DNA of 52,710 bases from a virus (taxonomy: Duplodnaviria > Caudoviricetes): positions 1 through 52,710 of the IMG/VR virus record IMGVR_UViG_3300030376_003573. One strand, written 5' to 3'. Shown here one piece after another: positions 8,010-18,564 of the stretch; the stretch's first letter is position 1; each line of letters begins with the position of its first letter. Both the position numbers and the translations under genes were made by a program. The notes below the pieces were generated by a model. It saw only the letters and a program-made list of their open reading frames with translations. It made no database searches and had not been told where the DNA came from.

Positions 8010-10139
8010 ATGTCTGTACTTGTAGATATAGATGGTTATGAAACTAAAGGGATTAAGATCGACTCTAACGGCACAGAGGGAGATCACTTCGAATCGAGTG
8101 GGCTACTTATTGTATTACCAAAAAAACCGAAGCGATCTGAGATACTCTTCCATGAAGAGCCAAAAGAGATGCAGCTGTGGAGGCGCTTGCCTATGCCCGA
8201 AGAACTGCAGAGGATTCGAAGTATGGATGAGTGGTTCGAAAAACCTTCCGAGTTTCGGTCAAAGTTTCGTGTATACATCGAGGAAGAGTTTCAACGCAGG
8301 AGGAACGGCGTTTGGTTTTACAACAATGGGGTCCCTACGTATATTACAGGCAGACACTATATGTTTCTACAATGGTCTAAAATTGATATCGGATACCCAT
8401 CATACCTCGCTTTCCAAAGAGAAATCTTTCTCCACATGGCTGCTTGCGAAGCTGATCCCCGTTGTTTCGGTCAGCTATATACTAAGTGTCGTCGTTCTGG
8501 CTACACTAATATATGCTCTGCTGTACTTGTTGACGAGGCTAGTCAAGTTAAAGAGAAGCTGTTGGGCATTCAGTCAAAGACTGGTAAAGACGCTCAGGAA
8601 AATATTTTCATGAAAAAAGTAGTCTCTATCTTTAGAGGCTATCCTTTTTTCTTTAAGCCTATCCAGGACGGTACTACTAACCCCCGTATGGAGCTGGCAT
8701 TTCGTGAACCCTCGAAACGTATCACGAAGAACAACAAGACCTCTTACAGGGGCGATGCGCTTAACACGGTTATCAACTGGAAGAACACCACGAACAACGC
8801 ATACGATGGTGAGAAGCTTCACATGTTGTATCTCGATGAGGCAGGCAAGTGGGAGAAACCTACAGATATACGTGAAGCTTGGCGTATCGAAAGGACTTGC
8901 TTGATCGTAGGTAAAAGGATTGTTGGTAAGGCAATAGTTGGTTCTACTGTCAACCCCATGAATAAAGGAGGTAAAGAGTACAAGGGCCTATGGAATGATT
9001 CAGATCCAAATCAAAGAAACGCCAACGGAAGAACCAGGTCGGGTCTTTACAGGATATTTATTCCTGCGTATGAGGCGATGGAAGGTTTCTTTGATCAGTA
9101 TGGAAATGCTGTAATTGAAGATCCCTCCCAAAGCGTACACATACATGGTGACGTAATAGGTATAGATGGAGAGGTCATTGATCTGGGCAGTAAGTCTTAC
9201 CTGAAAAATGAAAGGAAGTCTTTTAAGGATGACCCTTCTGAACTTAATGAGATTACACGACAGTTTCCGTTCACCGAAGACGAAGCCTTTAGGGATAGCA
9301 TCGAGAGCAGCCTTTTCAACATAGGCAAGATCTATCAACAGATAGAGCATAACGACGAGCTGTTTCCAAATCCCGTAGTTACAGGGAACTTTACCTGGAA
9401 AGAAAAAGACAAAGAAGTTGTGTTCTCCCCCACCCCTAACGGTAGGTTCAGGGTTTGTTGGATGCCAGAATCAAAGGAGAGAAATATATCTAAGCTAGAG
9501 AGGGGGAAAAGAGTTGCGCCTTTTCCTGAATACGGATGTGGTGGGGTTGACTCTTACGATCTGGATGCGACTGTAGACAATAGAGGGTCGAAGGGTGCGC
9601 TACACATGTACAACAAGTTTAATATGAATCGACCTTCAAACATGTTTGTTGTAGAATATGCTTCACGCCCAGATCTTGCTAGCATATTTTATGAGGACGT
9701 ATTGATGTGCGCTTTCTACTACGGATATCCTCTGCTTGTAGAGAACAACAAGTATGGTATTGTAAGATACTTTGAATCAAGAGGTTACGACGGTTACTTA
9801 ATGGACAGACCTAAGCATCTGCTAAGTAGCTCTTCACACACAAATGTGAAAACGAAAGGCATACCCTCCAACTCCCAAGACGTTATACAAGCTCATGCTC
9901 AGTCAATAGAGAAATATATTCACGAACACGTTGGAGTTAACTATGAAACTGGAGAGGTGGGGAGTATGTATTTCAACACAACGCTAGAGGACTGGATAGG
10001 ATTTAAGATAGATAAAAGAACTAAATACGATTTAACAATTAGTTCTGGACTTGCATTGTTGGGATGCCAAAAACAAAAACAAAAGAAAGAATCTAATTTC
10101 AATGATCGCGTGTTTTTCAGGAGACACAAGGTCAATTAA
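8010..10139 (+). CDS. terL: terminase large subunit
   Basis: KCRRSGYT Walker A-type, LYLDEAGKW Walker B, GVDSYD nuclease motif, VENNK. Confidence 0.9.
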   Translation: MSVLVDIDGYETKGIKIDSNGTEGDHFESSGLLIVLPKKPKRSEILFHEEPKEMQLWRRLPMPEELQRIRSMDEWFEKPSEFRSKFRVYIEEEFQRRRNGVWFYNNGVPTYITGRHYMFLQWSKIDIGYPSYLAFQREIFLHMAACEADPRCFGQLYTKCRRSGYTNICSAVLVDEASQVKEKLLGIQSKTGKDAQENIFMKKVVSIFRGYPFFFKPIQDGTTNPRMELAFREPSKRITKNNKTSYRGDALNTVINWKNTTNNAYDGEKLHMLYLDEAGKWEKPTDIREAWRIERTCLIVGKRIVGKAIVGSTVNPMNKGGKEYKGLWNDSDPNQRNANGRTRSGLYRIFIPAYEAMEGFFDQYGNAVIEDPSQSVHIHGDVIGIDGEVIDLGSKSYLKNERKSFKDDPSELNEITRQFPFTEDEAFRDSIESSLFNIGKIYQQIEHNDELFPNPVVTGNFTWKEKDKEVVFSPTPNGRFRVCWMPESKERNISKLERGKRVAPFPEYGCGGVDSYDLDATVDNRGSKGALHMYNKFNMNRPSNMFVVEYASRPDLASIFYEDVLMCAFYYGYPLLVENNKYGIVRYFESRGYDGYLMDRPKHLLSSSSHTNVKTKGIPSNSQDVIQAHAQSIEKYIHEHVGVNYETGEVGSMYFNTTLEDWIGFKIDKRTKYDLTISSGLALLGCQKQKQKKESNFNDRVFFRRHKVN

Positions 10140-10147
10140 CGATTTGC

Positions 10148-10155
10148 TATATTTG
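10148..10155 (+). promoter_or_regulatory. -7 promoter element TATATTTG
   Basis: Intergenic, upstream of the portal gene. Confidence 0.75.
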
Positions 10156-10184
10156 CAAATAAGCGTACTGTGCTTTACAGAAAC

Positions 10185-12632
10185 ATGAATTATAAAAACG
10201 ACAACAAAAAAGGCTCGTTTCCCGATCCGTTAGCAAGTACTGAAACGAAGAACAGTAAGGCTTACGGGATTGCATACGCAAAAGCGATGGAGTCTCAGTG
10301 GGGTAAAATGACTAGCTCTACTTCTTTATACGGCAAAAGAAATGTCGTTTTTGAAAGAAGCAGGGATTACGCTAACGGCAATCAAGATACCAACATATAC
10401 AAGAAGCTTCTTAGGTCTCTTAATCCTAATGACGGTGATGGCAGCTTGATGAACCTGGACTATACTCCAGTCCCTATTCTTCCAAAGTTTGTTCGCATCG
10501 TCGTAAACAAAATACTTTCTAGGAATCCGTACCCGAACCTAGAGGCTGTAGACCCTCTGTCTTCTTCGGAGAAAGACAAAAAGAAAAGAAGAGTAGAAGT
10601 ACAGATTCAGGCGAAGGAAAAACTCAAAGCCTTAAAAGAGAAGAGCGGATTGGTTTTAGATATCGACCCCGATGAATTACCAGATTCTTTAGAGGAGTCA
10701 GAAATATTCTTGGGGACAAATACAAAAACCGATGCCGAGGTGGCTGCTCAGATTGGGACCAACATGACCCTCTCTTGGAACAGTTTCACAGACAATATCT
10801 TTAGACGATGCGTGAACGATTTGGTTTCGTTAGGCATGGCTGTCGTACAGAGATCTAACGATCCCAACGAAGGAATTAAAGCGAATTACGTAGATCCCAC
10901 TAAGTTCATTCATAGCTATACAGAGGACCCTACGTTTCAGGATTTGATTTATGCGGGCCATATAAAAACTGTTTCCATACAGGAGCTGAAGCGCATGGCT
11001 GGTCACGAACTAGAGGAGCACGACTTTGAAAAGATAGCCAAGTCTGTAAGTGGTAAGTACGGAAATGATTCTAACGCACTAAACACAACCTCTTACAATA
11101 ATCGACTTATGCGTCAAGAGCGTGGGTACGATGACTATATGGTCAGCATATTGGATTTCGAGTTCATCTCAGTTGACTGTATACACTTTGAAGAAAAAGA
11201 AAACAGGTTTGGGAATGTAAACTTTTTCATGAAGGGCTTTGACTATGAGCCCAAGCAAGGCAGTGTATTCCAAAGAAATCCTCACAAGATGGAGATAGCC
11301 ACTGTATATGGTGGTAGCTACATTTTGGGTGGTGCCGATATGATGTTCAATTATGGGATGAGTAAGAACATCCCCAAGAATATTCACGATATATCAAAGT
11401 GTAGACTTTCTTACTCTGTGGTCGCGACAAACATGCGCAACATGATGCCAAAGTCCTTGGTGGATAGTTGCACGGGTTTTGCCGATATGTTGCAGTTGAC
11501 CCACTTGAAGTTGCAACAAGCTATTGCAAAGGCTAAGCCTGACGGATTAATCATTGATATTGAGGGGCTGGAGAACGTACAGCTGGGCAAGGGCGGTGAG
11601 TTGCAACCTCTGGATCTTCACGATATCTACGAGCAGACAGGCGTATTCTACTACAGAAGTAAAAACCCAGAGGGCGGATTCCAGAATCCTCCAGTCAGGG
11701 AGATAGGCAATAGCATTCGAAACATCAACGAGTTGATTGGTCTTTACAATCACTACTTAAGGATGATCCGCGACACTACGGGTATTAACGAAATGATGGA
11801 TGCTTCGACACCTAAGGGGGATACCCTCGTGGGTGTTCAACAGCAAGCCATTGCCGCTGGTAACAACGCTATATACGACATCACTAATGCCTCTATGGTC
11901 TTGTTCAAGTATGTCTGCGAAGATATAGTGAAGTGTATACAGATACTCCCCTCTGAATCTGTGTTGTACAGGGTTTACGAGAACGCCATAGGAAAAGAAA
12001 ACATGTCTGTGCTTTCTTCATTTAGCAACCTTCCTATGTACAACTTCGGGGTGCAGGTGGTTAAGGAAATGGAGGATAAAGACAAGGCTTACCTGGAACA
12101 GAACATACAGATTTCTTTGCAGCAAAAGGAAATAGATATTGAGGATGCGATTGCGATACGCAACATAAAGGACGTGAATCAAGCTGAGCGCTTGCTCGTG
12201 ATCCGAAGAAAAAAGAGAATCGCTTCTCAACAACAAATCGCTGCACAAAACTCACAGCTCCAAGCGCAACAAGCACAGATGGCCGCTCAAGCCGCTTCTC
12301 AGGGTAGAATGCAAGAGATGCAGCTGGAGGCAGAGATAGACGCTCAAAAGATGCAGCTTAAAACTCAGCTAGAGTCCCAGCTTGAGCAGGTACGCCATCA
12401 GTTTAGAAAAGAGATTGAGTTAATCAAGGCTCAGGCTACCCTTGGATTCAAGACTGACGATCAAGAGTTTAAGGAAAAGATTGAAGTGCTGAAAGAAAAC
12501 AGGAAGGACGAAAGGATAGACAAGCAGGCGGAAAAGCAAAGCAAGCTTATATCTCAGCGCCAAGGGAAAAGAGGTGAAATAGCAGATGGTTCCGACATAA
12601 CAGCAAATATTACAAACACATTATTAGGTTGA
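10185..12632 (+). CDS. portal protein
   Basis: Directly after terL; ~815 aa; PVPILPKFV, RDTTGINE, Gln-rich C-terminal barrel coiled coil as in podoviral portals. Confidence 0.85.
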   Translation: MNYKNDNKKGSFPDPLASTETKNSKAYGIAYAKAMESQWGKMTSSTSLYGKRNVVFERSRDYANGNQDTNIYKKLLRSLNPNDGDGSLMNLDYTPVPILPKFVRIVVNKILSRNPYPNLEAVDPLSSSEKDKKKRRVEVQIQAKEKLKALKEKSGLVLDIDPDELPDSLEESEIFLGTNTKTDAEVAAQIGTNMTLSWNSFTDNIFRRCVNDLVSLGMAVVQRSNDPNEGIKANYVDPTKFIHSYTEDPTFQDLIYAGHIKTVSIQELKRMAGHELEEHDFEKIAKSVSGKYGNDSNALNTTSYNNRLMRQERGYDDYMVSILDFEFISVDCIHFEEKENRFGNVNFFMKGFDYEPKQGSVFQRNPHKMEIATVYGGSYILGGADMMFNYGMSKNIPKNIHDISKCRLSYSVVATNMRNMMPKSLVDSCTGFADMLQLTHLKLQQAIAKAKPDGLIIDIEGLENVQLGKGGELQPLDLHDIYEQTGVFYYRSKNPEGGFQNPPVREIGNSIRNINELIGLYNHYLRMIRDTTGINEMMDASTPKGDTLVGVQQQAIAAGNNAIYDITNASMVLFKYVCEDIVKCIQILPSESVLYRVYENAIGKENMSVLSSFSNLPMYNFGVQVVKEMEDKDKAYLEQNIQISLQQKEIDIEDAIAIRNIKDVNQAERLLVIRRKKRIASQQQIAAQNSQLQAQQAQMAAQAASQGRMQEMQLEAEIDAQKMQLKTQLESQLEQVRHQFRKEIELIKAQATLGFKTDDQEFKEKIEVLKENRKDERIDKQAEKQSKLISQRQGKRGEIADGSDITANITNTLLG

Positions 12633-12633
12633 T

Positions 12634-13086
12634 ATGGCAAGTAGTGTAAACTTAGATGTAGCAGAGCAATTAGATATCACTTGTAGAAGAGGTGATACGT
12701 TCTCTCTTACCCTTACCTTAAAAGATTCTAGTGGTACTGCTTTACAGCTATCTACTCTGGGCTATAAATTTTTGATGGACATAAAGACATCCTCTCAAAG
12801 AACCAGGTCTGGATTTTCTGAAAGGGAGGTCGTAGCTTCTAGCACTTTATCAACTTCTCAGGCAAACTCAAAACTACTCAGCGAAGAGCAGGCAGGGAAG
12901 CTTAGCAGTGGTTTTGAATTTACAGACATTACTGATAGTGGAACCGTAAATGTTAGCGCATCTGCTGATACCATGTCAAGTTTACCTGTAGGGATATTTA
13001 CCTACGACATACAGCAAGATCTGGACGGTGTGGTTACCACCATTCTTAGAGGTTCATTTACTGTAAACGAAGACATCTCCAGGTAA
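12634..13086 (+). CDS. BppU-like Ig-fold virion protein (fibre adaptor)
   Basis: ITCRRGDTFSLTLTLKD...YDIQ..ILRGSFTV pattern. Confidence 0.6.
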   Translation: MASSVNLDVAEQLDITCRRGDTFSLTLTLKDSSGTALQLSTLGYKFLMDIKTSSQRTRSGFSEREVVASSTLSTSQANSKLLSEEQAGKLSSGFEFTDITDSGTVNVSASADTMSSLPVGIFTYDIQQDLDGVVTTILRGSFTVNEDISR

Positions 13087-13087
13087 T

Positions 13088-15457
13088 ATGGCTATAACAG
13101 TTACAGCAGCATCGGGGAGCACTTCGGTAACGGTTACGGCTCCAACTTCTAACTCTATCACGGTAACAGAGAAAGGCATTAAGGGTGACACAGGCGCTAC
13201 AGGTGCAACTGGAGCTACGGGAGCAAAAGGCGATACGGGCGATCAGGGTCCTGCTGGGGCAGATGGAGCTGGTCAAACAAACGCTGATATCAGGGCTGCA
13301 GTAGAGGCAGCAAGTGATTCAAATGTGTTTACAGACGCAGACCACACCAAGCTAAACTCTATTGAGGACAGTGCTGATGTAACAGACGCGACCAATGTTA
13401 GGGGTTCTGGTGCGTTGATGGATGACGAGGTTACAAACCTAGCACAAGTCAAAGCATTTAATTCGTCTGACTACGCAACAGCAGCTCAAGGCGCAAAAGC
13501 AGATTCCGCACAACAGCCACCCAGCGAAGGCGCATTTGCAAATGGGGACAAAACTAAACTAGACGGCATTGAAGCAGCCGCAACTGCAGACCAAACAAAC
13601 GCTGAGATCAGGTCCGCAGTTGAAGCGGCCACTGACTCAAATGTGTTTACAGATGCGGACCACACGAAGCTAAACGCAATCGAGGCTAGTGCGGACGTGA
13701 CCGACGAGGCGAACGTGAAGTCCGCTCTTGACGGCATGACGCTTAGCGACATCGGTTCACCTGCCTCTACGGATAGGGTTTTGATTCAAGACGCAGACGA
13801 TAGCAACAACATCAAGTATGCCGACTTCAGCGAGTTTGGAGGTGGCGGCGGCGGTAGCGGAGACATTACCTCTGTGGTTGCAGGTACGGGATTGACTGGG
13901 GGTGCTACATCAGGTGATGCTACTTTGAACGTGGTTGGCGGAACGGGTATAACAGCTAATGCAAATGATATCGCTATTACTGACGGTGGCGTTGGAACTA
14001 CTCAGTTAGCTAATGACTCAGTTACAGAAGATAAGTTAGACAATACTTTACTTGCTGAGATAGACGCCAATACAGCCAAGGTCACCAATGTGACAACCAA
14101 CTTAGGCATAACTGGAACAACTGGGGCTAGAACCATTACGTCCTCTGATGGAACTGACGCGGTAATACCAGTAGCTACAGATTCTGTTTCAGGTGTAATG
14201 TCATCTGCGGATCATACTAAGTTATCAGGCATAGAGACTGGAGCAACGGCAGATCAAACCAAAACCGATATAAACGGCCTTGCAATAACGACCGTTGGTA
14301 CGATAGACTCTGGCACCTGGAATGGAACTGCCATAGCTAGCGCTTATTTGGATGCTGATACAGCTCACCTTTCTGGTACTCAAACCTTTAGCGGGGCAAA
14401 AACATTTAGTGACAGCATTCAGGTTGATAACATTAATGTCAACGCAAACACGATAAGCTCCACAGATACTAACGGTAATGTTCTGTTGGCTGCCAACGGA
14501 ACTGGAAAAATAGAGGTTAGAGGTAATACTAATTCTGGTGCTGTCGTTTTAAACTGCGAAGCAAATACTCATGGTATAACAATACAGGCTCCAGCGCACA
14601 GCGCTTTTGGCGGTAGCTATACCTTGACGCTTCCCCCAAATGTGGAGGCTGGTGATGCTAACAAAGTGCTTAAAACTGATGCTAACGGTAACTTAGACTG
14701 GGTTGCGCAAACCGTAAACACGAACACTAATCTCGGCAACACCAATATAACCGCAGACGGCAACAGGACCTACGATCAAAACGGCGATGACTTAACCATC
14801 GACCCGAACGGCGGCACGTTCTCTGTGTCTGATTCTTCTGGGGACCCCTCTGCTGCTGAAATACAAGTTGGTAATGGATCCTTGAGCCTTATGGGTCTGA
14901 CGTTTCCTAGTTCTGACGGCAGCAACGGACAGGTGCTTACCACTAACGGCTCAGGAACTCTTTCTTTTGCCGCTAGCGGTAGTGGAATCTCAAATGTGGT
15001 TGAGGACACTACCCCTCAGCTTGGGGGTGACTTAGACACAAACGGAAAAAATGTACTTTTTGCAAAGACTGGTAATACCGATCACGCCAGCAATGGCGAC
15101 ATAGTAAAGATTGGAACTGGCTCAACCACACAAGGGGAGCTTTGTTACTACACGTCGAGCGGCACCTGGGCTGCAGCGGATGCAGACGCTACGGGGACGG
15201 CTGGCGGGGTGTTGTTGGCTATTGCTTTAGGCACTGATCCTGATGCAGACGGTATGTTGCTACGCGGTATGTATACGCTTGATCATGATCCAGGAACCAT
15301 TGGAGACGAACTATATGTATCAACTACCGCAGGAGACATAACAGGTACAGCACCTTCAGGCACGGGCGACATCGTTCGCGTGGTTGGTTATTGCCTTGAT
15401 AGCACCAACGGCCAGATTTGGTTCAACCCTTCTAACGACTTTATAGAGCTGTCGTAA
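13088..15457 (+). CDS. tail/head fibre protein with collagen-like segment and internal repeats
   Basis: G-X-Y run near the N-terminus; repeated D(H/K)TKL.GIE..A units; GSNGQVLTTNGSG; EDTTPQLGGDLD. Confidence 0.85.
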   Translation: MAITVTAASGSTSVTVTAPTSNSITVTEKGIKGDTGATGATGATGAKGDTGDQGPAGADGAGQTNADIRAAVEAASDSNVFTDADHTKLNSIEDSADVTDATNVRGSGALMDDEVTNLAQVKAFNSSDYATAAQGAKADSAQQPPSEGAFANGDKTKLDGIEAAATADQTNAEIRSAVEAATDSNVFTDADHTKLNAIEASADVTDEANVKSALDGMTLSDIGSPASTDRVLIQDADDSNNIKYADFSEFGGGGGGSGDITSVVAGTGLTGGATSGDATLNVVGGTGITANANDIAITDGGVGTTQLANDSVTEDKLDNTLLAEIDANTAKVTNVTTNLGITGTTGARTITSSDGTDAVIPVATDSVSGVMSSADHTKLSGIETGATADQTKTDINGLAITTVGTIDSGTWNGTAIASAYLDADTAHLSGTQTFSGAKTFSDSIQVDNINVNANTISSTDTNGNVLLAANGTGKIEVRGNTNSGAVVLNCEANTHGITIQAPAHSAFGGSYTLTLPPNVEAGDANKVLKTDANGNLDWVAQTVNTNTNLGNTNITADGNRTYDQNGDDLTIDPNGGTFSVSDSSGDPSAAEIQVGNGSLSLMGLTFPSSDGSNGQVLTTNGSGTLSFAASGSGISNVVEDTTPQLGGDLDTNGKNVLFAKTGNTDHASNGDIVKIGTGSTTQGELCYYTSSGTWAAADADATGTAGGVLLAIALGTDPDADGMLLRGMYTLDHDPGTIGDELYVSTTAGDITGTAPSGTGDIVRVVGYCLDSTNGQIWFNPSNDFIELS
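13273..13716 (+). repeat. duplicated ~42-aa fibre segment (QTNAxIRxAVEAAxDSNVFTDADHTKLN)
   Basis: Two copies at ~13273-13400 and ~13592-13716, similar at the DNA level. Confidence 0.85.
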
Positions 15458-16299
15458 TGGCAATCGACAAAATCAACGGAACAGCCTTTAGTAGCCTCGC
15501 TAATATTAACGGCGTTGCGAAGGCGAGTATTGCAAAGCTTAACGGGCAAGATGCGCTAACTGATGCGCCAACCGCTTTTTTTAATGTTGACGCCCAAGAG
15601 TCGTCTAGCTATTCTGGTTCAGGTACTACGTGGGTTGATATTGCTGGTGGTAATAATTTGACATTAACAAACGGGCCAGTATATACAAATAATCAATCAA
15701 CATCAGGCGTGCCAAGTTATTTCAGTTTCGATGGCTTAAACGATTACGCGCAAGACGGAACATCACTAACAGGTTGGGACAGTACCGATTCATGGACTTT
15801 TGAAGCATGGTTTAACACAACCGCAAGCCTATCATCCAGCAGTAATATTTACACAATTTACAGCAAGTCAGCAGACAATAATAGCGCTGGTATTGTAATG
15901 GGTTTTCGAGGCGGTAGCACTTATAAAGGCTTGCTATTTCGATTTGCTACAACGGCTGGTCTAATTGATATTTTGCCAACCAACGATTTGAGAAGCACTA
16001 TAAATGATGGTAATTGGCATCAACTTATATTTTCAAAAAGCGCAGGGAGCGGAGCAACGCCAAAACTGTATTTGGATGGTTCTTCTGAGTCTTTTAGTTT
16101 TTCAGGGCCAGGCACTCCATATACATTAGATAAAAACTACAATAACGTGCAAACACTTTATATAAGTAATTTCCGAGGTTCAACGGTATTTGAATTCAGC
16201 GGGAAAATTGGCGCTGTACGTTGGTATGATTCATATTTCGATTCAACCCAAGCCTTAAGTAATTACAACGCGGAAAAAGCTGAATACGGAATAACATAA
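15457..16299 (+). CDS. LamG/ConA-like lectin domain virion protein
   Basis: SYSGSGTTWVD, FDGLNDY, WTFEAWF, DGNWHQ, LYLDG, FSGKIG. Confidence 0.85.
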   Translation: MAIDKINGTAFSSLANINGVAKASIAKLNGQDALTDAPTAFFNVDAQESSSYSGSGTTWVDIAGGNNLTLTNGPVYTNNQSTSGVPSYFSFDGLNDYAQDGTSLTGWDSTDSWTFEAWFNTTASLSSSSNIYTIYSKSADNNSAGIVMGFRGGSTYKGLLFRFATTAGLIDILPTNDLRSTINDGNWHQLIFSKSAGSGATPKLYLDGSSESFSFSGPGTPYTLDKNYNNVQTLYISNFRGSTVFEFSGKIGAVRWYDSYFDSTQALSNYNAEKAEYGIT

Positions 16300-16303
16300 A
16301 AAA

Positions 16304-16552
16304 ATGAATGCACTGAACAGACATTACGTAATATTCGACACCAACGAAGTGAGCGCGATTGATTTTGCTGAGGTTTTGGAAGACTCAGAAAACACCTTGC
16401 GCAGAAACGTAGACAACACAAAGACGTTTGTGAAGTACGAAGGTCAAATGCCCGCAAGCGTAAGCGCATTAACAACTAAGTCCGTTGAATACACTAGTTC
16501 GGAAATACTGGATACTCTTAGTGCTATCGAATGGCAAATTGATATAGACTGA
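16304..16552 (+). CDS. small hypothetical protein (possible fibre chaperone)
   Basis: Follows the LamG gene; acidic, 82 aa. Confidence 0.6.
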   Translation: MNALNRHYVIFDTNEVSAIDFAEVLEDSENTLRRNVDNTKTFVKYEGQMPASVSALTTKSVEYTSSEILDTLSAIEWQIDID

Positions 16553-16615
16553 ACGACATCATTAGCTTAAAACTACAACGCGCTGAAGGGTAGATTTGAC
16601 TGAATTTGTTTTTAT

Positions 16616-16623
16616 TATCTTTG
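16616..16623 (+). promoter_or_regulatory. -7 promoter element TATCTTTG
   Basis: 4 nt before ATG 16628; TTTG at 16595-16598. Confidence 0.75.
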
Positions 16624-16627
16624 CTAA

Positions 16628-16921
16628 ATGTCTTTGACTAAAAGCGAAAAAGCAAAGTTAAAACGCTACGGTCTCTCTGGATTAAGCAAGCCAAAGAGAG
16701 CTTCTGGCGGAAAGAAATCACACATTGTTGCTGTCCGAGTGGGCGGCAAAATCAAGATCATTCGTTTTGGTCAGAAAGGAGCCAGTACTGCTGGTAAACC
16801 TAAGCCTGGAGAGAGCGCTCGCATGAAAGCTAAGCGCAAGTCATTCAAGGCCAGGCACAGAAAAAATATAGCCAAAGGACCCTCCAGTGCTGCATACTGG
16901 GCAAACAAAGTAAAATGGTGA
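16628..16921 (+). CDS. Lys/Arg-rich phage protein (IIRFGQ..KSFKARH..YWA)
   Basis: Widespread viral basic-protein pattern. Confidence 0.75.
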   Translation: MSLTKSEKAKLKRYGLSGLSKPKRASGGKKSHIVAVRVGGKIKIIRFGQKGASTAGKPKPGESARMKAKRKSFKARHRKNIAKGPSSAAYWANKVKW

Positions 16922-16923
16922 CA

Positions 16924-17130
16924 ATGGAAAACTTTAGTCATTTTGAATTTTTAATGCTAGCTATCACCCTTATAGGTGGTTGGGTGAAGTTTCACGCTGA
17001 TTATAACAAGCTTTCTGCCAGGGTAGACGCCTTAGAAAACGACAATACAGAATTTAAGGAGGACGTTAAGCAGTTGCTTAAAGACATCCAGGAAATCAAG
17101 TTGCTTCTGGCGAAGAACCAGATGCAATAA
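16924..17130 (+). CDS. single-TM membrane protein, holin-like
   Basis: N-terminal TM followed by a coiled coil. Confidence 0.5.
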   Translation: MENFSHFEFLMLAITLIGGWVKFHADYNKLSARVDALENDNTEFKEDVKQLLKDIQEIKLLLAKNQMQ

Positions 17131-17135
17131 AAAAC

Positions 17136-18281
17136 ATGCAAAAATGGAATCTAATAATTGCCTTATTGCTGTCATCTTTGGCGAATGCCCAGGATGTAGC
17201 AAGTAGTTGCGCCGTATTCGATGTTCGTATCCCGCCCGTAAGGATGATGGGGTACAACCCAGACCCACCTTTTTGGAAGGAGGTAAACTACGTAGTTCAC
17301 ATACACTACACCGACAGCACCCCCTATGAGCACAGCCTTATAGATGAGTCTGTTGTGTGGGATGCACACGAGCACCTCAACGAAGAGTTCGAGGAGGCAA
17401 TGTTTACTTTCGATCTGATTGCCATAGAGTACCATAACCTGGACGAGGCCGAGGGCATGAACGAAACCCTCGATATATACAATACCTGTGTCCCGTCTAG
17501 CTGGTACGGATGGTCAACAACAACAGATTACCTAGAGGATATTATTTGGGATAGGGAGCAATTCATGAATATTCATGTGTTCCCTGAATTCTGTTCAGGC
17601 ATCTTAGGGTTTGCGTGGACCGCTCAGGCAGACAACCTTCTTGACGGGGCCTGGATTAGGTCCGATGTTTTTGGTAGGATGGGAGACTACCTGTACGGGG
17701 AATACAACGGCAATAAAACTATGATCCACGAAGTGGGTCACTACCTTAGCCTCCATCACGTATTCCGAAACGCAACCTACTGCGGGGAGGATCTCGGTCC
17801 TTGCGAGGAGACGGGTGATTATGTTTGTGATACACCCCCTATAAAAACCAGCTGGAGCTGTGAGAACCCTATATGCCCTCCAGGTGCATACAACTTCACG
17901 GCAGATAACCATATGGACTATTATGTCGATTCATGTAAGCATCATTTTACTGCGGGGCAGATCGATCGCATGCACAGCATGATTTCGATTACACGCCCAG
18001 GAATCGTTAACAACGATGCAGATATATGTGTTGGTGATATTAGCGGAGACCACGTTGTGGGGATGAACGACTTAATGCTAATGCTGTACAACTGGGGGGA
18101 TGTATACTGGCAGGAAGGTGACGTCAATGGCGACGGTTTTTTCACCGTTATAGATTTCCAAATAGTACTAGCACATTGGGGTACGGTTTGCTTTGGGGCT
18201 GAGCTTGACCCATTTTATCGGGAGGAACGACTTGATAAATCAATAATCCAAGAAGTATTTCCATACGCGATACGAGAGTAA
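17136..18281 (+). CDS. secreted M43 (pappalysin/ulilysin-like) zinc metalloprotease with C-terminal dockerin-like tandem
   Basis: Signal peptide LANA|Q; HEVGHYLSLHH; GDYVCDTPP; NHMDY Met-turn; FTAGQIDRM; two GDxxGDxxVxxxD motifs. Confidence 0.88.
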   Translation: MQKWNLIIALLLSSLANAQDVASSCAVFDVRIPPVRMMGYNPDPPFWKEVNYVVHIHYTDSTPYEHSLIDESVVWDAHEHLNEEFEEAMFTFDLIAIEYHNLDEAEGMNETLDIYNTCVPSSWYGWSTTTDYLEDIIWDREQFMNIHVFPEFCSGILGFAWTAQADNLLDGAWIRSDVFGRMGDYLYGEYNGNKTMIHEVGHYLSLHHVFRNATYCGEDLGPCEETGDYVCDTPPIKTSWSCENPICPPGAYNFTADNHMDYYVDSCKHHFTAGQIDRMHSMISITRPGIVNNDADICVGDISGDHVVGMNDLMLMLYNWGDVYWQEGDVNGDGFFTVIDFQIVLAHWGTVCFGAELDPFYREERLDKSIIQEVFPYAIRE

Positions 18282-18306
18282 GCTCTAATTTTTAAAACAC
18301 ACAGAC

Positions 18307-18564
18307 ATGCCACAAGGAAAAGGTACATACGGTAGTAAAGTGGGAAGACCCCCTAAAGCAATGAAGGGGATGAAGGTCATGAAAAAAGGGGGGAAGGTAT
18401 CAAAACTTACAATTTCAAATAAGTCCGTTATGGTAGATCCCCCCAAAGGGTTTCACTGGATGGAAGAGGGTGGCAGATACTACCTTATGAAGGGGGATTA
18501 CAAGCCCCATCCAGGAGCTTTAAGGCAGGCTAAGTTTAAGCAGGCCAATCACCCCAAGTCATGA
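18307..18564 (+). CDS. basic hypothetical protein
   Basis: MPQGKGTYGSKVGRPPK; Lys-rich. Confidence 0.7.
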   Translation: MPQGKGTYGSKVGRPPKAMKGMKVMKKGGKVSKLTISNKSVMVDPPKGFHWMEEGGRYYLMKGDYKPHPGALRQAKFKQANHPKS

